61,371 bases of DNA from Chitinophagales bacterium. GTDB lineage: Bacteria; Bacteroidota; Bacteroidia; Chitinophagales; UBA10324. Numbering within the stretch: the first letter of the stretch is position 1; every line of letters starts with the position of its first letter. Positions 21,384 through 31,900 of this stretch are shown here, one piece after another. Below the pieces are notes generated by a model. That model was not told the DNA's origin. It was given only the letters and a program-made list of their open reading frames with translations, and did no database searches. The translations under genes and the position numbers were made by a program. The DNA lies in assembly GCA_044227805.1 (NCBI GenBank), contig JBGAWA010000011.1, positions 1 to 61,371 on the forward strand, in the 5' to 3' direction.

Positions 21384-21616
21384 TGCAAAACGTGGGTTTA
21401 ATTGTTTTTGAAACAGTGATGGAGAAACGATTGATGAATACACTGTGGTGGTGCAAGGTGAATGACTAAAGCAACCGTTACCAAACTGGTTGATGAAGAC
21501 AACAACCAGCGGCTGAAGCAGGATTTTCTGTTGGAAAATCCAGCGTAAGAATGTGTCAATGCACTGGTTCGCCGCTTTCAACAGTTCGCCTGCTCACCAG
21601 TGCCATAAAATTCATG

Positions 21617-21689
<73 letters not shown>

Positions 21690-21806
21690 GTGTTATTGTA
21701 TTTATTGGGAAGCAGCGCAAAAGTCTGAAAATTCATGGAAAGAAAGAATTGTTATTTGCTGCAATTGATTAATTTCGTTTCCTTAATCACCCATTCAACA
21801 AAAAAA

Positions 21807-22214
21807 ATGAAAACTAAACTTCTGGTAGTTATCGCACTGGTCATTGCCGGCCTTCAGGCTGCCGATGCACAGCACACCGCCATTCAGCCCGATGGCAAAA
21901 AATATAAGATTGAACTGATCAGGCAGGGATCGGATGAAGCGGCCCTCGTGCAAACTTTGATTTTTGACAATGGCCTGTTACAGACGCCGGATTTTAATAC
22001 GCTCGGATTTAAAGAAGCTGCAGCGTATATGAAACAAACTGCTGATTACTATACCTGGGTTTCCACAGTGAACAGTACGCAACAAGGCGCTATGGGGTGG
22101 CAAGGCACTATAAAAGGCGACAAGATAGAAGGAACCTGCGTCTGGAGAAAACCGGGAGCACAACCGGTGCAATACAATTTTAAAGGAACAGAAATTACTG
22201 TTGCCGGGAAATAA
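21807..22214 (+). CDS. Hypothetical secreted protein
   Basis: A-rich initiation region, signal peptide MKTKLLVVIALVIAGLQAADA|Q, downstream terminator. Confidence 0.75.
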   Translation: MKTKLLVVIALVIAGLQAADAQHTAIQPDGKKYKIELIRQGSDEAALVQTLIFDNGLLQTPDFNTLGFKEAAAYMKQTADYYTWVSTVNSTQQGAMGWQGTIKGDKIEGTCVWRKPGAQPVQYNFKGTEITVAGK

Positions 22215-22239
22215 TACACCTGCCAACAGCATTCATACT

Positions 22240-22272
22240 TCCGGGCTGCGTACTGCGGCCCGGATTTTTTTT
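22240..22272 (+). terminator. Intrinsic terminator
   Basis: TCCGGGCTGCG-TAC-TGCGGCCCGGA followed by T8. Confidence 0.8.
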
Positions 22273-22290
22273 GACCTTACAGCAACTCCA

Positions 22291-22425
22291 TCAGTGTGCG
22301 GCATGATCATCATCATGATGTTCCCCGTGTTTTATTTCGGGCGTAAGGGCAATTACAAAACAGAGGAGTGCGCCGACACCGCCAACAACCATTACAATTT
22401 GCGGGAACCAGATTTCAAGTAACAT
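22291..22425 (-). CDS. Small (44 aa) single-TM protein with His/Asp-rich tail; not in the ORF track
   Basis: MLLEIWFPQIVMVVGGVGALLCFVIALTPEIKHGEHHDDDHAAH*. An A-rich leader (AAAAATAATAACAGCCC-ATG) and a TATTTTCG -7-like box lie upstream. Confidence 0.6.
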   Translation of the reverse strand: MLLEIWFPQIVMVVGGVGALLCFVIALTPEIKHGEHHDDDHAAH

Positions 22426-22573
22426 GGGCTGTTATTATTTTTTGTGCTGCGAAAATACTATGTAAACCCGGATTATTTCTGACAAGATTGCGCAGGACGC
22501 ATACAGCGCGGACCGGGTGGGTAGAGAAGCAATCATGAATCACCGTTCACGGCGCAACCCTTGTCTGGTATCA

Positions 22574-25189
22574 TCAGCTTTTTCCCGGCAGGTTGAACCC
22601 GATTCGCCTGCGCGTGTCCGAAGTTTGCTCGGCAATCGTAAACTCTGCGACATCCGCTGCAATAATTTTACCGAGCAGGTCCGGTGTGCGCTGATCTTTG
22701 GGAATAGCGGCCAGCCGCAGGTCGCGGTTCTTAACGGTCTCTTCAATAATCTTCCGCACGCTTCGCCCGTTGCCAAAATATTTATCACGCGTATCGTACA
22801 GGAACTGCAGGTATTTTTGCAGGTGCGCCGCGGCATCTTCATCTGCCACCAGGTTCTCCGCCTTCAACATGCTCACGGCGATAGCATACAATTCACCGGG
22901 TGCATAATCATCGAAAGTAAATGTTTTATCAAACCTTGATTTGAGGCCGGGATTTGATTCGAGGAAATGAATCATGTTGCCTGTATATCCTGCCACGATC
23001 ACTACGAGCTGACCCCTCAGGTCTTCCATGCGTTTTAACAGTGTTTCAATAGCTTCCGATCCAAAATCACCCGGCGTTCCGGTACTAAGCGCATAGGCTT
23101 CATCAATAAAGAGCACGCCACCTTTGGCACTATCCACCACCTGTGAGGTTTTAATAGCGGTTTGCCCGATATATCCTGCCACCAGTCCCTGCTTGTCAAT
23201 CTCCACGAGATGTCCTCTCTCCAGCAGGCCGAGCGCTTTGTAGATGCGGGCTATTATTCTTGCCACTGTGGTCTTGCCCGTTCCCGGATTACCCATAAAG
23301 ATGCTATGCAGTGAAAATCGACTCAGCACATCTTTGCTTTCTTCCTTATAAAAGCGAACGAGTTTCACCATTTCATTGATCTCGGTCTTAATAAGGCTCA
23401 TGCCCACCAGTCCATTCAGTTCCTGCAAGGCATCTTTCAATAAATATTCATCAATAGGAATATCGGGCGATTCTTTTTCGCCGGCAGCGAAGATCCTGCT
23501 GATATCTTCCAACTCCAGTGTAGTGAAACTTTCTTTGTTGAGTGATTGAGGATCCTGGTGCCGCATCACACGCAATCCCATATTCAGCTTGGCTTCATCC
23601 ATCCAACCATTCACCAGCCGCGCATTGCCGAAGGTACGGTCGCGGTTGCGGTAAGCCTCCACCAGTTTTTGAGACAGGTAGGCTTTTGCCGGCGGCGTGA
23701 AAACAAGATTGCGTTCGCCGGCCGCATACTCTGCTATGGCATTCAGTTCCTGTGGCAGGTAGTCCGGAAATTCAAACACACGATTGAACCTTGATCTCAG
23801 TCCCGGGTTAGAATCGAGAAACACATTCATCTCTTCCGGATATCCTGCCACGATGATGGCAATATCTCCGTTGCCGTCACTGATTTCCTTCAACAAAATT
23901 TCCAGGGCCTCTTTGCCGAAGTCTTTGTTATCGTCTGCCTTGCGTGACAATGCATAGGCCTCATCAATAAACAGCATGCCGCCGCGGGCCCTGTTGATTG
24001 CTTCTTTGGTGCGGGGAGCAGTCTGGCCAATATATTCAGCCACCAGGTCGGCACGATCAACTTCCACCAAATGGCCTTTGCTGAGCAATCCCATTTTCGC
24101 ATAGATTTGACTCAGCATACGCGCCACCGTGGTTTTACCGGTGCCGGGATTGCCGGTAAACACTGCGTGCAGGTTCAGCTTGTCGCTATCCGCAAGTCCC
24201 TTCTCTGCCCGCAGCCTCGTAAACTCCAGGTATTTAAGATATTCATGAATTTTTGTTTTGATAGCAGAAAGACCAATCAGCCGGTCGAGCTGCTCCACCG
24301 CTTCAGTGAGCGTTTCCTGTATCTCCGATGACTGCTGCTGCGCAGGGATTTTGTAGGGTGGCGTATTGAGAATGGTCACCTCCCCTTCCACGGCCTCCCC
24401 GCCCACAGAAAAAGGCACAACGCCGATCAGGTGATCCATGAAAATAATTTCCAGCGTAAAACTGCCGGTGTACCAGGTGCCTTTCACATCAGAACCCCAG
24501 CCGGAAGTAAGTGTATAAAGGCCGTTGTTATCAGGGTTCATGAAAAAGAATTCAATGCATTCTCCTTTCAGCTGCCGGGCATCATTGTAGAAGTCAAACT
24601 TCATTTCACAAGGCCAGTTGATTTCAGGCATCAGGTTTTTTAATGTCAACTCAGCCCAAATGAAACGTGTCTCATCCATATTAAACTTTGTCAGGTACCT
24701 GCGTTCGGCAAGCGGCAATCCGCTGTTAGGGCCTTCATACAACCTGACGGATTGAATAGTCAGATAGGGATTGGCATCGTTGGTGACTTTTCCGCCATTG
24801 GCCACATAAAAGGTTTTAGAACCTACCAGCAGCCCATCCACCCAGGCTTCCCAGTAATATTGTTCCTTTTTCCAGAATGAACCCGGTGATGGGTTACCCC
24901 ATCCTTCACGGAAATACACGATGTTTTCATCCGACTTCACGGTACGTTCCACTTTTAAGTCACAGATTTCTTTACCGTCGGCATGAAAGGCTTTGAGGTT
25001 CACCTTAACATTCCAGTCTTCTTCATCAAACCTTTTATTGAATAATGAAAGCTCGGCATATATGTAGGTGGTGTCGGACTCTTCCAGCACCTGCTGATAT
25101 TTGCGTTTGCTTTCGGCTAAAGGGTCAGCCGGACCGAAGACCTTCAGGTCGCGGAATTTATAGTTGACAGCAGATGAATTCTTTGCCAT
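22574..25189 (-). CDS. CbbX/SpoVK-like AAA+ ATPase with two AAA modules and a duplicated N-terminal domain
   Basis: Two copies each of GNPGTGKT, YIGQTA, LFIDEAYAL and NPGL(R/K)SRF; C-terminal RRRIGF. Confidence 0.88.
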   Translation of the reverse strand: MAKNSSAVNYKFRDLKVFGPADPLAESKRKYQQVLEESDTTYIYAELSLFNKRFDEEDWNVKVNLKAFHADGKEICDLKVERTVKSDENIVYFREGWGNPSPGSFWKKEQYYWEAWVDGLLVGSKTFYVANGGKVTNDANPYLTIQSVRLYEGPNSGLPLAERRYLTKFNMDETRFIWAELTLKNLMPEINWPCEMKFDFYNDARQLKGECIEFFFMNPDNNGLYTLTSGWGSDVKGTWYTGSFTLEIIFMDHLIGVVPFSVGGEAVEGEVTILNTPPYKIPAQQQSSEIQETLTEAVEQLDRLIGLSAIKTKIHEYLKYLEFTRLRAEKGLADSDKLNLHAVFTGNPGTGKTTVARMLSQIYAKMGLLSKGHLVEVDRADLVAEYIGQTAPRTKEAINRARGGMLFIDEAYALSRKADDNKDFGKEALEILLKEISDGNGDIAIIVAGYPEEMNVFLDSNPGLRSRFNRVFEFPDYLPQELNAIAEYAAGERNLVFTPPAKAYLSQKLVEAYRNRDRTFGNARLVNGWMDEAKLNMGLRVMRHQDPQSLNKESFTTLELEDISRIFAAGEKESPDIPIDEYLLKDALQELNGLVGMSLIKTEINEMVKLVRFYKEESKDVLSRFSLHSIFMGNPGTGKTTVARIIARIYKALGLLERGHLVEIDKQGLVAGYIGQTAIKTSQVVDSAKGGVLFIDEAYALSTGTPGDFGSEAIETLLKRMEDLRGQLVVIVAGYTGNMIHFLESNPGLKSRFDKTFTFDDYAPGELYAIAVSMLKAENLVADEDAAAHLQKYLQFLYDTRDKYFGNGRSVRKIIEETVKNRDLRLAAIPKDQRTPDLLGKIIAADVAEFTIAEQTSDTRRRIGFNLPGKS

Positions 25190-25422
25190 GGTGTTTACAG
25201 ATAATCAGATCCGAAAAAATACAATTTGGTTGGCAACAGCCGAACAACGTTTTGCTGATCCCCGGCAGCACCTCAATTTACGCATCGGATGACAATCAAA
25301 GAAATAATGATGGATGAAAAACGTAAGTATGATTGCTATAATGCGAATCATACAAACTGGAGATTCCGCTGAATCCACCGTTTGCCCTGGTGCTGTCATA
25401 CGACATGGACCATCCATAGCAC

Positions 25423-25500
25423 AAAAAATTACCGCAACAATTCAGATTATGCACCAATGAGTTTTATCAACTCATGCATAACCCAAAACTGTTGCGGTAA
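25423..25500 (-). terminator. Long compound stem-loop with U-tract downstream of the GH/T9SS gene
   Basis: Outer stem TTACCGCAACA/TGTTGCGGTAA encloses TTATGC/GCATAA and ATGAGTT/AACTCAT stems; a T-tract follows on the minus strand. Confidence 0.6.
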
Positions 25501-25537
25501 GTGAGTTAACTTCTGTTAACCCAACTGTATTAGCTTT

Positions 25538-28498
25538 CTATCTTTTACCTGTAATAACAAATTTAGACATCACCACCTGTTCACCACTGCTTAAAGTAAC
25601 GAGGTAGATGCCGTTGGTGAATCGTCCGGCCAGTTCAATATCAGCAGACAAATGCATGCCGTCCAGTTGCTGCTGGCTGGCATAAATTTCTTCCCCCAGT
25701 AAATTACTGATGCTGATGTTTGCCTCCCTGGCTCCGCCGGAAAAAGCGGCATCAATGTGAATGTAACTGTTAGCCGGATTAGGGAAGATGTGAAGGGTGA
25801 CATCACCGGCGGAAGAAATAGCGGACCCTGATTCCTTGCAATTGCTGGTGACTGTGATCTCTTTGGTATTCGCATTACAGCCATTCGCATCCGTTATCTT
25901 GCACTTATAAACTCCGGGCTGTGTAACGGTATAAGCAATTTGTGTTGCCCCGGGAATATTAGCGTTATTCACCATCCACTGATAGCTGAAGCCACTTCCG
26001 ACATTGGCCGTAAGCTCACAAGATTCACCATCACAGATATTGGTTGGGCCACCCACAGTGACCTGTGCTTTTGGTTTTTTCAGCACTGTAATCACCGTAC
26101 CGTCAGAGACGATTGTGCAGTTGTTGTTATCCTTAACACTCACTTTGTAAGTGCCATTGTCAACAGGATAGTACTTCTTGGTTGTTGCTCCGGCGATATT
26201 ATTAGCGCCTTTCATCCACTGATAAGAAGGATAGCCGGATGGCGCTACCAGGTAAGTAGGCGACTTCCCATCGCAGAAAGCGGTGGGTCCGAAAATGGAG
26301 ACATTTGCTGAAGGAGTGGGCAGCACATTCACGTTGATAGCCGTTGTGGTATTCTCGCAGTTATTATAGTCAGTCACGGTAACGCTGTAGCTTCCGGTTG
26401 CCGATGCAGTTAATGATTGTCCAAATTTGCCGGTTGACCACTTGTAAGTTTTAAATCCGGCGCCTGCAGTTAGAACAACACTGCCTCCATTACAAAACGA
26501 GAGCGGACCTGAAGGAACAATGGTGGTCTGAGGTAAGGGGTAAACAGAAATTGCTAATGGCGCTGATACGGCGGTACAACCTTCCTGATCAATAATCGTG
26601 AGCGTGTAATTTCCAGGGGTAGCTACCGTCAATGAAGTACCGGTTGCACCTGTTGACCACAAATAGGTTGCATTGTCTTCAATCTTTTTTGGTTTCAGTA
26701 CGGTATTCGATCCTGCGCAAAAAGCATCCTTACCGGTATTTTTTATGGTTGGCACTTCGGGCGCCGGATGTACCGTTACGGATACCGTGTCAGCAGCCCA
26801 GTATCCCGAAGCTTCATCCCACACACGCACCCAATAGTCGCCGGAGCTCTTCGCCCAAATCTGTTTGGCTGTCTGCCCTGTTGACCAGAGGTAGGTTAAA
26901 TGCCCGTCGCCGGCGCTAAGGCTGAGGCTGTCGCCTTCGCAAAATGTAGTGTTGCCGTTAATAGCAATGGAAACCGTTGGTGGTGCGGAAGGAGCATAGT
27001 TAGAGGAAGTAACTTTGGTAATACTGTAAGCCGGCAAAGTGAAGGTAGCGGTTAAGGTGCCGGTCTTGGTTGTTACATCATTGGACTTGGCAATGTAGCT
27101 GACCGGGCTTGCAGAAATGCGCTTATAGCTTCCGCCGTTTTTGAAAACATCGGTTGTGTTAATCTTCAGATCGGTGCCGGAAAGATTAACAAGGATAGCA
27201 GAAGAACTGGTATTGTTGGAAAACTGCCAACCATACAGAGCCGGATAATAGACGGAATCTTCTTTGTCCAACAATCCAATAGATGGAGCGCCTTCAAACG
27301 TAAGCTGAGAGGCATACTTCATTCCATTCACCGCTTCACTGATAATTTTCACGGAGTTGCCTGCGGCAGTCAGATTCCAGGGAGTGGTAGTAGGGGGATT
27401 GGGGGGTTCCTGAAAGCTGCCTTCACTCTTGAACTTAAATCCTTTTGTATCGGTGAAATAACCACCATATCCGGAAGTTCCACAGATAGTATGAAAGTTC
27501 ACATTGGTAATTTTCTCGCTTTCGAGGAAATGCAGGGTCTGCGTAGCAACAAATAGTGACTGGCCCCAGGAGCCGTGAACAGGATAGTTAAAGTCCTGCA
27601 GGTTAAACTCTGTTATCCATACTTCTCTTCCGGACCTCACCAATGGCAGGTCTTCTGCAGCCAGGATGCCCCAGGCCTTAAACGGGCGATAGAGAAACTC
27701 TGGAACATCAGCCATAGTGTACTTTCCATCACCATCACCTGACGCTTCCGTGCCTGATCCATTATAGTATTGATGAAAAGTGATGGCATCCTCTCCTTCC
27801 AGTGTTTGCAACAAATCATCATCCCATTGTATCCTGCGGGGCTGGTTGTTGCGATTAAAGGCGCCCTGTGCAGCCACTTCGGCATTCGGAAAGTGCGCAT
27901 GAATGGAATCGATCCAAAGCGATGCAACAGTGCCGTACACTTTTGCATCGGGATAAATGGAATAGATATACGTGGAATCTTCCTCTTCCGCCAGATAGAA
28001 CTCATTACCCAATTCAAGATACTTCACTTCCAGACCGATCGAATCCGCATAATGCAGCATCTCCAATTGGTAGGCAAGCGTAGAACTGATCATGTTCAGC
28101 ACGAATAAAGGTGTAGCCCCTGTGGCATCCACCAACACTTTAAAATTTTCAAGCGTATTATAGACGGGTGCCTGGTTAGGATTATGCGGTGGCACATTCG
28201 GGTCATCCACAAACCAACCTGTCTTCCAATCCCACCAATTGGCATTGCCACCGGACGGAAAGCGGATGACTTTAGGATTCATCGTTGGCGCTTTGTCTAA
28301 AAGGCTCGGATGATCGATGTACATGCCATCACGGGTTGTATTTTGACTACCGATGCCAAACCAGTCAGATTTTACGGATCTGCGATTCGATAATTTCATC
28401 CCGTATGTTTGTGCCTGTGCAGGCAAAACCTGCAGCAGTAAAACCAGCAACAGCATGGGGAAAATGAACGTAGCGGGTAAAAATTGTTTTGCTCTCAT
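25538..28498 (-). CDS. T9SS-sorted clan GH-A (GH79/GH51-like) glycoside hydrolase with 5 Ig-like repeats
   Basis: Signal peptide ..AQA|Q; RFPSGGNANWWDWKTG, YLELGNEFY, VWITEFN; five Cys-containing ~75-aa repeats; T9SS CTD IFPNPA..GIYLVTL..KFVI. Confidence 0.8.
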   Translation of the reverse strand: MRAKQFLPATFIFPMLLLVLLLQVLPAQAQTYGMKLSNRRSVKSDWFGIGSQNTTRDGMYIDHPSLLDKAPTMNPKVIRFPSGGNANWWDWKTGWFVDDPNVPPHNPNQAPVYNTLENFKVLVDATGATPLFVLNMISSTLAYQLEMLHYADSIGLEVKYLELGNEFYLAEEEDSTYIYSIYPDAKVYGTVASLWIDSIHAHFPNAEVAAQGAFNRNNQPRRIQWDDDLLQTLEGEDAITFHQYYNGSGTEASGDGDGKYTMADVPEFLYRPFKAWGILAAEDLPLVRSGREVWITEFNLQDFNYPVHGSWGQSLFVATQTLHFLESEKITNVNFHTICGTSGYGGYFTDTKGFKFKSEGSFQEPPNPPTTTPWNLTAAGNSVKIISEAVNGMKYASQLTFEGAPSIGLLDKEDSVYYPALYGWQFSNNTSSSAILVNLSGTDLKINTTDVFKNGGSYKRISASPVSYIAKSNDVTTKTGTLTATFTLPAYSITKVTSSNYAPSAPPTVSIAINGNTTFCEGDSLSLSAGDGHLTYLWSTGQTAKQIWAKSSGDYWVRVWDEASGYWAADTVSVTVHPAPEVPTIKNTGKDAFCAGSNTVLKPKKIEDNATYLWSTGATGTSLTVATPGNYTLTIIDQEGCTAVSAPLAISVYPLPQTTIVPSGPLSFCNGGSVVLTAGAGFKTYKWSTGKFGQSLTASATGSYSVTVTDYNNCENTTTAINVNVLPTPSANVSIFGPTAFCDGKSPTYLVAPSGYPSYQWMKGANNIAGATTKKYYPVDNGTYKVSVKDNNNCTIVSDGTVITVLKKPKAQVTVGGPTNICDGESCELTANVGSGFSYQWMVNNANIPGATQIAYTVTQPGVYKCKITDANGCNANTKEITVTSNCKESGSAISSAGDVTLHIFPNPANSYIHIDAAFSGGAREANISISNLLGEEIYASQQQLDGMHLSADIELAGRFTNGIYLVTLSSGEQVVMSKFVITGKR

Positions 28499-28589
28499 CA
28501 GTAGGTTAATTGATGTGGGTCAATTGAAATTAAGCTTTAATTGAAAAGTGGACTTTAAAGTTTGCCGCTTGGGTTGATGGCAAAGCAGC

Positions 28590-28597
28590 CAAAGATA
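28590..28597 (-). promoter_or_regulatory. -7 promoter element TATCTTTG
   Basis: TAnnTTTG match about 90 nt upstream of the 28498 start. Confidence 0.55.
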
Positions 28598-28892
28598 TTC
28601 AATTCTTTCTTTTCACAGTATTCTTTTAAACTGCTTTTAACTTTTGTGTTAACCTATGTATTTTAGGTTTAATCAGTCGAAAAATTCCCGATTTACTGCC
28701 CATTCCTGAAAGTATGTTTTTTGAACCGGTCATCTTCCTTTGCCGGCAAACATAGTTTAAAGCAATCAGAGGCCTGTATTTTTCTCAAACGGCTGTACAA
28801 TGTTTACGAGTTGATGACTCTTTGATCTGCTGTTTCTTTAGGTAAGCAAGAATCTTCATTGATAAAAAATCTCAGCAATACTTTTACTTACC

Positions 28893-28930
28893 AAAAAAAC
28901 AGGCAGCATAATCTGTTCCTATGCCACCTG
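28893..28930 (-). terminator. Intrinsic terminator
   Basis: CAGGTGGCATA-9nt-TATGCTGCCTG followed by T7, 24 nt after the stop at 28954. Confidence 0.7.
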
Positions 28931-28953
28931 CCTTCCATTACACCATCGCCTGA

Positions 28954-31900
28954 TTATTCTCTTGTCACAATCAACGGCTGGTGATAAATATGCTCACCAA
29001 CATGCAACACTACTACATACATCCCTGCAGCAATTTCAGCATCGAGGAAAAGATCCGTAAAAATGAGGTGATCTGTGAATGTTGACTGCCTGCTGCGAAT
29101 GACCGCGCCTGTAAGGTTCCTTATTTCGAGCAGATAAGAACCGCTTTCGTCGGCACCGGTATTGAACCGTATGTGCACATCACCGGTAGTGGGATTTGGA
29201 TAGATTAGCCAGGAGGTATTATCATCAATGGGAAGCATTCCATCTTTACAGTTACTGGTGATGGATATACTATTGGAAGTGGAACTGCAACCTGATGCAT
29301 TGGTTACCACACAGGTATAGTTTCCTGCCGTGGCAGCCACATACGTTGAAGCCGTTGCGCCGGCAATGGATGCCCCATCCTTTTTCCAGGCATACGTCAG
29401 GCCGGAACCTGTATTGGCCGCTATCGTTTTTGTTTGCCCCGAACAAATATTGGTACTTCCGCTGACACTGATTGTGGCTGCCGGCAACGGATTCACAGTC
29501 ACCTTCAGGCCACTGCTTGTTTTGTTGCAGCCATGCTGATCTGTAACTTGCACCTTGTATGTTCCGGAGGAAACAGGAGTAAAGTTCTGATTGGTTGCCC
29601 CGTTTTGCGCTGTAGTTCCTTTCAACCACTGATAGTTATATGGCCCGGTGACAGTGGTGAGATAGGTTCCTGCATTGAGACAATAAGTTGTCGGTCCTAC
29701 AGCACTCACATTTACCGCCGGCAGTGTCCATACTGTTACGGTAACCGGTGAAGAAGTGCCCGAACACCCTGCTGAATTGGTGACGGTAACGGTGTAATTG
29801 CCCGTTGCGGTAACGGAAATCGTCTGCGTTGTTTTGCTGTTCGACCAGCTATAGCTGCTATAACCACTGCCCGCATCAAGCGTGACATTGCCTCCATCAC
29901 AAAACTGTGTAGCACTCAGTGCATTGATGGCAGGAACAGGCACCTGGCTCGCGGTGACAGTTTTAGGCGCTGAAGTACCGGAGCAACCATTGGCATCTGT
30001 GACCGTTACAGCATAAGAACCGGCTGTTCCGATATTGATAGATGCTGCTTGTGAACCGTTTGACCAGGCATAGGAGACGAATGAACCGCAGCTGAGGGTG
30101 ATGGAAGATCCGACGCAGACGGCGGAAGGACCGGTAATGACCGGTGACGGACTCGTAAACTGTGTTACGGCCAGGCCGGAGGAAGTCTTTGAGCAACCAT
30201 GCGAATCGGTAATAATCACTTTGTAAGTGCCACCTGATGTGGGTGTGAAGTTCTGACCCGTTGCCCCACTTATGTTTACACTTGATTTCTGCCACTGGTA
30301 AGCATACCCGCTAATAGTCGTAAGGTAGTAACCACTGCCGGTACAGTAGGTGATGGTGCCGCTGCTGGTCGTAATCACCGGCGTGGGTGGAATCCATTCA
30401 TCCACATTTACGAAGGAAGACGTTCCGGAACAGCCGCTTGAATTGGTAACCGTCACGGCAAAACTGCCGGATGCAGTGATGGTAGTTGTCTGTGTGGTTT
30501 TACCGTTCGACCAGGCATAGCTGCTAAATCCACTGCCAGCATCCAGCACCACAGAACCTCCGTCGCAGAATTGTGTCGGTCCCTGTGCAGTGATGACAGG
30601 AGTTAAGGAGGAGCTAATTGTAATATTTTTTGCCGCTGAAGTTCCGCTGCAGCCATTGGCATCTGTTACCGTAACCGTGAAGCTACCGGCAGCATTTACA
30701 GTAATAGTGGGTGAAGTGGATCCGGTTGACCAGTTGTAATTGCTGAAAGTACCACAACTCAGCACAATGGATGATCCCTGGCAAACGGTGGACGGGCCGG
30801 TAATTACAGGAGCAGGATTATTATTGATAGTGATAGTAAATGAAGACGATGTTTTCTGGCAACCGTGGGCATCAGTGATGACTACTTTATAATTGCCTCC
30901 GGAAACAGGAAGGTAGTTTTGCTGCGTGGCGCCGGCAATATCAACCCCTGCTTTCTGCCACTGATAACTGTATCCGGCAATCGTTGTGAGGTAAACGCCT
31001 GCATTGGCGCAAAAAACAGTAGCACCCGTGCTCGTGCTGATTACCGGTGTTGGTGGTATCCATTCTGTAACCGTAACCAGTGGTGATGTGGCACTGCATC
31101 CGTTAGCATCGGTAACGGTAACGGTATAATTTCCAGAAGCCGTAATGCTTACGGTCTGCGTTGATTTTCCATTCGACCAGCTATAAGAGTTGTATCCTGT
31201 TCCGGCATCCAGCATCACGCTGCCACCATCGCAAAAAGAAGTTGCACCAAGCGCTGTTATGGAAGGTTGTGGCAATGCATTGACAACAATTGTTTTAGGA
31301 GATGAAGTAGCTATACAGCCATTGACATCGGTTGTAGTAACCGCATAATTACCGGCATTTGTTACAGTAATGGATGAGGATGTTTGTCCCGATGACCACA
31401 TGTACGAAACATAACCTGCCGTGGCAGCGATATTGGTGCTTTGTCCCTGGCAAATGGTAGTTCCACCAGTGACGGTGAGCGATGCCGGTGTACCTGAATT
31501 AACGGTCACGGAAAAATTATCAGATGTCCTGCTGCAGCCATGTATGTCCGTAATGACCACTTTATACAAAGCGTTTGTGACGGTAGGCTGGTAGGTTTGA
31601 TTGGTAGCATTTACGAGTACCGTGGCGCCTTTTTTCCATTGATAAGTGTACCCGGGAATGGTGGAAAGCGTGGATGGGTTCTCTATGCAATAAGCAACAG
31701 GTCCTGTAATAGTAACTGTTGGAACCGGAAGATCCCAAACTGTCAGATTCAGCGAGGGTGATGTGCCATAGCAGTTGTTGGCATCTTTTACTGTGACAGT
31801 AATTGGGCCGTTGGTTTCAGCGGTAATACTCTGACCGGACTTACCGTTTGACCAGGTATATTGATTAAAACCGGCTTGTGCAGACAATGTTACACTTTGG

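Noticed and set aside
22574-25189. AAA+ ATPase as part of a type VII secretion or anti-phage system
   Set aside because: No WXG100/FtsK, nuclease, TIR or other effector genes are adjacent.
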